From NCBI GenBank assembly GCA_002762985.1, contig PCXZ01000018.1:741-64740 (forward strand): 64,000 nucleotides of DNA. The letters run 5' to 3'. The DNA is from Candidatus Woesearchaeota archaeon CG10_big_fil_rev_8_21_14_0_10_44_13. GTDB lineage: Archaea; Nanobdellota; Nanobdellia; Woesearchaeales; UBA12501. Shown piece after piece: positions 57,383 to 64,000 of this stretch (positions are counted from its first letter, which is position 1; every line of letters starts with the position of its first letter). The notes under the pieces were generated by a model that was not told the DNA's origin, searched no databases, and worked only from the letters and a program-made list of their open reading frames with translations. The position numbers and the translations under genes are program-made.

Positions 57383-58093
57383 ATGATATCAATAGTCCTT
57401 ATAAGCCCGATAACGCCCGGCAATATAGGCGCAATAGCAAGGGCGATGAAGAATTTTGACTTCAAAGAGCTCATACTTGTCAATCCGAGATGCGATCACA
57501 TTTCAAAAGAGGCGATGGACAGGGCTTCGCATGCGAAGGATATCCTGAAAAAAGCGAAGAAGATGGCATTCAATGAGGTTTTGGAAAGGTTTGATTATAT
57601 TGTCGGGACAACATCGAAGATAAGCACGGATTACAATATCCCCAGATGCCCGATCTCGCCGGAACAGTTCGCAGAAAAGCTTGATGAGATCAAAGGAAAG
57701 ACGAAATTCGCATTATTGTTCGGCAATGAATCATTCGGGCTTACCAATAAGGAGATAGATGGATGTGATTTCATGATCACTGTGCCTTCTTCAAAGGATT
57801 ATCCTGCTTTGAACCTGAGCCATTCTGCTGCGATAATACTCTATGAGATCTATGCGAGGAAGGGCAGGAAGAAGGTGACAAAGGAGATATGGCCTATAAC
57901 AAACAAGGAGAAGAAGCAGATTGCGAAGATGGTGGACAATGTGCTTGACAGCATGATCTTCGAGACAAAAGAGAGGAAGGACACCCAGAGGAAGGTCTGG
58001 AAGAAGATGGTCGGTAAGAGCTTCATGACAAGGAGAGAAGCTTATGCATTGATGGGATTCCTGAAGAAGATATTGCAGAGGAAGTTTAGATAG
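57383..58093 (+). CDS. SPOUT-class RNA 2'-O-methyltransferase (TrmJ/TrmH-like)
   Basis: LISPITPGNIGAIARAMKNF and LLFGNESFGL motifs. Confidence 0.7.
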   Translation: MISIVLISPITPGNIGAIARAMKNFDFKELILVNPRCDHISKEAMDRASHAKDILKKAKKMAFNEVLERFDYIVGTTSKISTDYNIPRCPISPEQFAEKLDEIKGKTKFALLFGNESFGLTNKEIDGCDFMITVPSSKDYPALNLSHSAAIILYEIYARKGRKKVTKEIWPITNKEKKQIAKMVDNVLDSMIFETKERKDTQRKVWKKMVGKSFMTRREAYALMGFLKKILQRKFR

Positions 58094-58115
58094 ATTGATT
58101 ATTTTTTGATTATTC

Positions 58116-58379
58116 CTATTTCAGCCCCAAAAACTCAAAAATCTCCTTCATCTTTTCGGGATTAAGCGAAACGTGAATTTCACCTGTTGATCTTTTTGAG
58201 AGCAAAAAGCCAAGTTTATGCAGTTCCTTTATGGCTTCTTTTGTAACCTTCGCCCCGGCAAGATGAGATGGCAGTCCTCTAGCAAGATTCCTTTCCTCTG
58301 TGTGCGAATTGCCCCACTTAGGTGGCTTCATTGCCATGAGCTTTCTCAGTATCTTTTCCTGGATTGCCCTTTTTTCCAT
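58116..58379 (-). CDS. Hypothetical small protein
   Basis: 87-aa ORF. Confidence 0.35.
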   Translation of the reverse strand: MEKRAIQEKILRKLMAMKPPKWGNSHTEERNLARGLPSHLAGAKVTKEAIKELHKLGFLLSKRSTGEIHVSLNPEKMKEIFEFLGLK

Positions 58380-58515
58380 GAATAATTTGAAATCAAGATT
58401 CTTAATAAGCCTTTCTGAGCTTTTTCTGGAGATTTTCCGGATATTTCGGAAGATTTACAAAAATTAACTTTTTGGTATAATATCATACCAAAATAGAAAG
58501 TTTTATATACTTGCT

Positions 58516-58860
58516 GTGATTACCTTCTTGCTTATGGAAGAAACAACAATATTCAGAGAGGCATTTGGAGACTCACCAGTCATAAGGGTGCTTGATTTCC
58601 TGATAGAAGGCAGAAACTTAGATTATAGCCTTACAGACATAGCAGAAAACTCGGGTATTGGTTGGACAACGCTGCACCGAATCTGGGGCAATCTTGAAAA
58701 ACTGAAGATAGTGAAGCATACAAGGATCATAGGAAAGGCAAAGCTTTACAGATTGAACATGGAAAATGATGCTGTCAGAAAGCTGATAAAGGTGTATGAT
58801 GCGCTGCTTGTGCAGGAGACAGAGAAGGCACCGAAGAAAAAGATCATTGTTTCTCATTAA
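58516..58860 (+). CDS. Winged-helix transcriptional regulator
   Basis: YSLTDIAENSGIGWTTLHRIWGNLEKLKIV HTH. Confidence 0.5.
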   Translation: MITFLLMEETTIFREAFGDSPVIRVLDFLIEGRNLDYSLTDIAENSGIGWTTLHRIWGNLEKLKIVKHTRIIGKAKLYRLNMENDAVRKLIKVYDALLVQETEKAPKKKIIVSH

Positions 58861-58887
58861 TTGTAATATCATTATAATAAATCAGAT

Positions 58888-59361
58888 TTATCTCACATTC
58901 AGCAGCACAGGCCAAAGGTACATGTACATCAGGACGCCGACAGCAGCGAACAGCAATATGCCTCCGATAATCTCAAGGATTATGACAAGGATGTGCTTCT
59001 TCTTCCCTTTCTCAGGGAAGAATTTCTGCTCTATCTTCTCCTGGGCCTTGAACTCTATCTCAGGTATGGGCTCGAATTTCTGGAGTTTTGCCTGTTCTGA
59101 CATCTCAGGAATCTGTTCGAATGAAGGCAAGGAAGGCATTTCAAGAAGTTTTTCCGGTTTTTTTTTCTTATCGCTCTTCTTCTGTTTTATCTCCTCTTTC
59201 TTCTCTTCGTGGTCCCTCATCTCCCTGCTGACGACCCACAGGGCCTCGTCAATATCCCTCTGGCTATAGCTGTATCTTTTAAGCAGTTTAGTTATATCTT
59301 CTATAGAAAACCCTTTCTGGAATGCATTCCTGACATAGTCTAGCAGTTTCTCTTCAACCAT
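58888..59361 (-). CDS. Hypothetical protein with C-terminal TM anchor
   Basis: 157-aa ORF. Confidence 0.4.
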   Translation of the reverse strand: MVEEKLLDYVRNAFQKGFSIEDITKLLKRYSYSQRDIDEALWVVSREMRDHEEKKEEIKQKKSDKKKKPEKLLEMPSLPSFEQIPEMSEQAKLQKFEPIPEIEFKAQEKIEQKFFPEKGKKKHILVIILEIIGGILLFAAVGVLMYMYLWPVLLNVR

Positions 59362-59459
59362 TCCCTCTACCTCTTTTTTTACCGCACTTTCCTGTTTTAT
59401 TACCGGTTGTATTCAGCCTGAGTATTTAAAATTTACCAAATAAGCGATACCCGATATGG

Positions 59460-59804
59460 TCATTTCTTCATATTGTCAAGGTATTCCTTGACATTCTTGT
59501 CTATGCTCGGCTTTGCGCTCGGACCAAGCCCATAATATGTCTTCTCTGCCTCAGGGCCCCAGCTGTAATCGCCTTTCACCTTCTCTATCTTGTCGACCTT
59601 GAACTCATTTGTCTGTATGCCTTTCTTCAGGTGATAATAGATCGACCTTAATGTGACTTTAGGATAGATTGCCCGGTATATCTTGTATAGGTCGTAGCCA
59701 GAAGACGGGCCCAGAAAGTAAATTATCTCGACTATGTTCTGTCTTATCTGAGATTTAACAGGTCTTCCTCTAACCATCCGCCCACCTATTGCATAGTTAA
59801 GCAA
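59460..59804 (-). CDS. Hypothetical small DNA-binding-like protein
   Basis: 114-aa ORF, basic, wHTH-like YDLYKIYRAIYPKVTLRSIYYHLKKG. Confidence 0.4.
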   Translation of the reverse strand: MLNYAIGGRMVRGRPVKSQIRQNIVEIIYFLGPSSGYDLYKIYRAIYPKVTLRSIYYHLKKGIQTNEFKVDKIEKVKGDYSWGPEAEKTYYGLGPSAKPSIDKNVKEYLDNMKK

Positions 59805-59899
59805 AGGTTATTTATATAGTTTGCTATATTGAAAAGAAATAAATTAATGATGATTATAGGATTAAATGTAGGATAATATAAGCGGATGAAGAGGATTAT

Positions 59900-60532
59900 T
59901 CACCTGAACCTCAATATCCTCACTGCCTTCTCAAGGTCATTCTCATCTATCACAAACAAAGTGTCAGTCCATGTGCTCATGGTCTCGAAGATGTTTATGC
60001 TGTGGTCTCCGAACAGGGAGTAGAGATATGACAGGACTCCTGGCGTCCTCTCTATCGCATTCGATGTCTTTATGGTTATCTCAGCTAGGCCCTTGTTCTC
60101 CCTTATCAGATCATTCTTGAATAGCCCCCTAAGCTCTTCTGAGAAATCATTTGTAGTGATGATGGTTATTGTGCCGGTGCCCTCTATCACCTGGAAAACC
60201 TGCTTCTGCTTCTTGACCTTCTTCTCTATGTCCAGCAGATAGTCGAAATACGTCCCTTTCTCTATTATGAAGACCACAATCCCTGTCTTTATCTCAAGCT
60301 TGCTGTTGCTCAGGATCTCCTCGATCTTCCTCTCAGTGGATATGTCCGCCTTGAGCTTCCTCTCGAGCCTCCTGCACGCAATCAGCACAGCGTCGAAGTC
60401 TTTCTTCTTCAGGCCGATCTCCTTTATCAGTCTCCTCGAGAGCGAAGAGTAGTTTATTATGCCCTGCTTCAGGCCGGCCCTCACTGTCCTGTTCTGCATT
60501 ATATAATTCTCCACTTCCTTTGTTATGCTCAT
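59900..60532 (-). CDS. Hypothetical protein with possible C-terminal ACT-like domain
   Basis: 210-aa ORF. Confidence 0.35.
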   Translation of the reverse strand: MSITKEVENYIMQNRTVRAGLKQGIINYSSLSRRLIKEIGLKKKDFDAVLIACRRLERKLKADISTERKIEEILSNSKLEIKTGIVVFIIEKGTYFDYLLDIEKKVKKQKQVFQVIEGTGTITIITTNDFSEELRGLFKNDLIRENKGLAEITIKTSNAIERTPGVLSYLYSLFGDHSINIFETMSTWTDTLFVIDENDLEKAVRILRFR

Positions 60533-60619
60533 CCGCTGAGTCTGCGGCTTCCATTATAAAAATGTTTTGTTTCAGACATTTTTGTTTATTTTGTTCAGTA
60601 TGGGGCATCGGATTTATAT

Positions 60620-61261
60620 ATGAAACCGGAATCTGTTCTTCCTTGTTTTGGAGGATGGAGATTAATGGAGATTGTCGTTGCAAAATCATTGGATGATATC
60701 AATCAGATAGCATTGAAAGAGCTGATTGAGAGGGGGTTTGGGAAGAGGCTTGTTGAAGGATATTTCAACAATATAGACCCTGTCGCCTTCTTTGTTGCCG
60801 TGAATCAAAAAGAGGACATCAAGGAAGGGCCGTATAAAGGCGCAATTGTCATCGTTGACCCGCATAACCCTTATTCGCCGGGATTGAATTATGCAGACAA
60901 GATGATTGTCGCTGAGGAACACAGGGGGAATGGCGTTTTCTCTACTTTATGGGATGAGGTCAAGAATTATAATCCTAAGCTATTCTGGAGAGCCAAGAAG
61001 ACGAACCCTGCAAATGAGCTTTACAAAAGCATTGCAGGAGAACCTCAAATCACCCTCCCGTGGAATGTATATAGCATAGGATTAAAGAGGTTTGAGAGGA
61101 ATTGGGCTAGGAATTATGCAATCGCACTGCCTGAGTCTCTTGTGATGACAGATGAAGATGGCATTGATGAAAAAGTAACAACTTCACCCATAATAATCCC
61201 GGGAAAAATGCCGCAAGTCCCCTTATCAGAAAGAGTTTCTGGATCTTCTCCCTCTTTTTAG
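60620..61261 (+). CDS. GNAT-like acetyltransferase (tentative)
   Basis: IVAEEHRGNGVFSTLWDEV resembles GNAT motif A. Confidence 0.4.
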   Translation: MKPESVLPCFGGWRLMEIVVAKSLDDINQIALKELIERGFGKRLVEGYFNNIDPVAFFVAVNQKEDIKEGPYKGAIVIVDPHNPYSPGLNYADKMIVAEEHRGNGVFSTLWDEVKNYNPKLFWRAKKTNPANELYKSIAGEPQITLPWNVYSIGLKRFERNWARNYAIALPESLVMTDEDGIDEKVTTSPIIIPGKMPQVPLSERVSGSSPSF

Positions 61262-61442
61262 TCTTCTTTTAGTTTTCTACACCAGAGCCAAAACGATTGC
61301 GAGTATGACAAGCCCGATTATGAGCATCTTAAGGCCGTTGTCATCATTCGCGCCATGTTCCTTTGGCTCCATGCCGAATCTCCTGTCATATCCCTTCATA
61401 AGATCACTGCAATACTTTTTTCAGAAGAACAAGAAGTATTAT

Positions 61443-62435
61443 TTAAAGCTTTGTCTTCTTCGCCTTAGGGCACTTCTTCATCTCCCTCATCGCTTCATTC
61501 CATCTCAGGAGTATGTTCTTTGCGCCGTAATGCTGTATGACTGATTCGGCATTCGTAAGCCCCAGCTCCATCGCAAACCCCAAGTCATATCCTTTTGCCA
61601 ACCCTGCGACAAAGCTTGATGCGAAAGCGTCGCCAGCCCCTGTTGTCTCGACGACCTTGACTTTCCGCGGGAGGATCGTGTACAGGTCTATGCCGTCAGA
61701 GCAATAAGCGCCTTTCGGGCCGTCTGTTATCACTACAATCTTCGGGCCCAGCTGCCTGACGCCTTCCATGAGCTTATCTATCCTTTCTGCCCCGCTTTTT
61801 CCGAGCAATATGGCTGCCTCTTCCCTGTTGAATACGAGAAGATCGACCCTGTCGAGCAATGGCTTAAGCTTCGCTTTCCCGTCCTTCACCTGGTATGTGC
61901 TCGGGTTGAATGCGACTTTTATGCCGTTCTTCTGCGCAAAATCCATGAGCCTCACTGCAGCATCAAAAGATTTTCCGGTCATCGATGAGAAATAATACCA
62001 TTTCGCCCTGAGTTTTGCCTTATTGAGCCTCTTGAAATCGAGATTTTCGCTCGCATCCCTGTAAACAAGTATTGTGCGGTCATGGCCTATGCTGTCAAGG
62101 ACGACAGAATAGTTTGTCTTTTCCCTGCCTATCGTGCCTATAAAATCAGCTTTCTCCTTCTTTAATTCCCCGATTATCCTCTTCCCGTTAGCATCATCTC
62201 CGATGTTCCCGAGATAAGCTGTCTTCAGCCCGAGCCTTGCGAAGCTCACCGCAGTGTTGGTGCCTCCGCCGCCTGTCATGAACTGCAGGTCTTTGATGAG
62301 GATCTTAGAACCGAGAGGGTAGCAGGTGAAGATCTCCTCTGATCTCTTGGTCTTTATGTCTATGAGATCATCGCCTGATGTCTTGACAAACACATCTACT
62401 GTCGCAGAACCTATTGTTATGACATCATATGGCAT
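61443..62435 (-). CDS. PfkB-family carbohydrate kinase (ribokinase-like)
   Basis: GGGGTNTAV and ETTGAGDAF motifs. Confidence 0.8.
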   Translation of the reverse strand: MPYDVITIGSATVDVFVKTSGDDLIDIKTKRSEEIFTCYPLGSKILIKDLQFMTGGGGTNTAVSFARLGLKTAYLGNIGDDANGKRIIGELKKEKADFIGTIGREKTNYSVVLDSIGHDRTILVYRDASENLDFKRLNKAKLRAKWYYFSSMTGKSFDAAVRLMDFAQKNGIKVAFNPSTYQVKDGKAKLKPLLDRVDLLVFNREEAAILLGKSGAERIDKLMEGVRQLGPKIVVITDGPKGAYCSDGIDLYTILPRKVKVVETTGAGDAFASSFVAGLAKGYDLGFAMELGLTNAESVIQHYGAKNILLRWNEAMREMKKCPKAKKTKL

Positions 62436-62517
62436 TTTTGGCCTCTTTTGCATAGGGAAGTAAAGGAGGGGTGTTTAAAAATATTGTGATGTTGTTAGGT
62501 ATGAAACAAATCATCAT

Positions 62518-62746
62518 TATCTGAGGAGGAACGCGGTTCCCCCCGTCCCCCTCCTGCATTTGACTGGGCGACTGCGCGGTTGTTTTTGGGAAGTTGAGCA
62601 AGGGTAAATTTGTGCCTCAGTGAGCCATATCCGGAAGTTGTATGATTTATGGCGAACGGAATGTTGATTTTGGAACAAAATCAACTAATAAAATTCGCAG
62701 ATTTTCTGTTGAGGGAGATGATGCAAAAAACTTAAAATAAAAATAT
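62518..62746 (+). repeat. Intergenic repeat family, copy B (full length)
   Basis: TTATCTGAGGAGGAACGCGGTTCCCCCCGTCCCCCTCCT; GAGCCATATCCGGAAGTT core; GTTGATTTTGGAACAAAATCAAC hairpin; GATGATGCAAAAAACTTAAAATAAAAATAT tail. Confidence 0.7.
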
Positions 62747-62812
62747 AGAAACTAAAAAAATCAGTTTTGTTTAAAATAATAATAAAAACATAAAAAAAGA
62801 ATTAAAATAAAT

Positions 62813-63181
62813 TCATTCCTCCTCAGCGAGCTTTATTATCGCCTTTATTGCAACGATCAATGCTGCTGGTGCGACAAAAACAGCGATGAAAGAGAGCGTC
62901 GACTGCATCAATGTCCCAAGCCCCGTTATATACATGTCTATCACTACCAATGATTGGGAGATAGACGCCATCACTATCAAAGCGATCGCTGCAACAAGGA
63001 ACTCTGTGACCTCTTTCGCCGTTATGTTCAGGAATCCCACCAAAACTCCCAGGATAACCAAACCCAGCATCATTATGGAAGTCACATCGCTGTTGAGTGC
63101 CGTCGAAAACAACGCCAGGACCAAGGCCAGCAGAAGCCCGACCAAAAATGAATAATGGCCCACTTTTCTCATCATTGCCAT
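62813..63181 (-). CDS. Hypothetical integral membrane protein
   Basis: 122 aa, 3-4 TM helices. Confidence 0.45.
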   Translation of the reverse strand: MAMMRKVGHYSFLVGLLLALVLALFSTALNSDVTSIMMLGLVILGVLVGFLNITAKEVTEFLVAAIALIVMASISQSLVVIDMYITGLGTLMQSTLSFIAVFVAPAALIVAIKAIIKLAEEE

Positions 63182-63274
63182 TGAACCACCTCTTGTTTTT
63201 TTGATATGCCTTTTTGGATATATATTGTTTAGATTAAATAAATAAAATGCTCAAGAAGTATATAAATTTTTTGC

Positions 63275-64000
63275 CTATGGCTTTGCGATTTTCCAGAGCC
63301 CCTCAAAATAGAGCTTGAATTTGTCTGCCATATCTTTTGAGTGGATGAGGAAAGCGACTGGCTTTGTCGACCATGATATGAACATGACCCTATCCTTCAC
63401 AATATCTACATTAGCAGGGAGAGGCGTGTTCAGATATCTTATCTGCGCAAATTTTTCCAGTGTCTTCGCTGTTTTAGAATCTTTTTTGTAATCGGGCTGG
63501 CTTATTCCCCTAATCCTATGGCCCATCTTCCTGTACAAGGGCTCAAGCTTAAGGAAAAAAGTGTCTGTGACTTCAGTAAGGCCATGGGTTTCAGGCTCGT
63601 GATTGTACAGCCACAGATATTCATCATCGGCCCCCCAATAAGCGGCCATCTTTGAAAATGCAGAAAATGCCCCTTTCATCCCTACAAAAACCTCTGCTTC
63701 AAGTTTTTCTCCTGTCTCTTCAGATAATCTTTTGAGGCCAGGCAGTATTTTCTTGAGCTCTGCCTTCTCTTCCTCTATCTTCTTCTGCTGCTTTTCAACA
63801 TATTCCATCAATTTTTCAGGATCATAAGCCTGATAGTACTTGGTTTTTTGCTTTGTCACGTAGCTTACAATCCCTTTTTCTGCCAGCCTTTGCAGGACTT
63901 CATAGATATTGGAATAGGCAATCCCTGATGTTTTCACTATAGGACCTACAGTTGATGGGCCGTGCTCAAGCAAAGCAAGGTAAACCTTTGTCTCTCCGTC
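63275..64000 (-). CDS. TrmB-family transcriptional regulator, 5' end beyond the window
   Basis: Reading frame continues past 64000 (..DGETKVYLALLEHGPSTVGPIV); paralog of 11150..11917. Confidence 0.7.
   Translation of the reverse strand, partial: DGETKVYLALLEHGPSTVGPIVKTSGIAYSNIYEVLQRLAEKGIVSYVTKQKTKYYQAYDPEKLMEYVEKQQKKIEEEKAELKKILPGLKRLSEETGEKLEAEVFVGMKGAFSAFSKMAAYWGADDEYLWLYNHEPETHGLTEVTDTFFLKLEPLYRKMGHRIRGISQPDYKKDSKTAKTLEKFAQIRYLNTPLPANVDIVKDRVMFISWSTKPVAFLIHSKDMADKFKLYFEGLWKIAKP

Noticed and set aside
58116-58379. 87-aa ORF as a known RNA-polymerase or KEOPS subunit
   Set aside because: Motifs (WGNSHTEERNLARGLPSHLAG) did not match any family I could recall with confidence. It is left as hypothetical.

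Overview
The window looks archaeal and moderately AT-rich. Lineage markers are TFS/RpoM, aEF-1beta with its upstream Zn-ribbon partner, NMD3, TrmB regulators, RibL, archaeal-type riboflavin synthase, Endonuclease Q and BRE/TATA-like promoter tails; the lineage itself is not determined. In order along the window: (1) a divergent glycogen locus, with GH57, GT4 and a wHTH regulator on the minus strand opposite GT3 glycogen synthase, a GalT-family transferase and a glycogen debranching enzyme, preceded by two tandem paralogous small proteins. (2) A riboflavin operon (ribC-ribH-ribD-ribA on the minus strand, plus ribL). (3) EndoQ, then a PhoU/TrkA_C protein with two MgtE-type membrane proteins. (4) A dTMP cluster (dut, Nudix, a long thyA, tmk) directly abutting an acetyl-CoA synthase / corrinoid-FeS module: a bacterial-length AcsB-like protein with exact A-cluster cysteine spacing, CooC/AcsF, a second short thyA, two lipoproteins, AcsD-like and AcsC-like proteins. 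No CODH catalytic subunit or AcsE methyltransferase was recognised anywhere in the window. (5) Housekeeping genes: HAD hydrolase, DUF167, TFS, signal peptidase, NMD3, RtcA, EF-1beta, XPD helicase. (6) An approximately 9-kb AT-rich integrated element with two tyrosine recombinases, a LemA protein and a kinase plus 2H-phosphoesterase cassette. (7) A GGDEF diguanylate cyclase, endonuclease V, and a 340-bp convergent intergenic region packed with at least eight perfect hairpins. (8) A CcdA plus membrane-thioredoxin pair, a SPOUT methyltransferase, a PfkB kinase and TrmB. Six copies of a repeat family not recognised from memory (about 100-230 bp, intergenic, one inverted) carry two hairpins that show compensatory base changes between copies. 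A 110-nt GC-rich structured island sits just upstream of the ACS gene. No rRNA, tRNA or CRISPR array was found.
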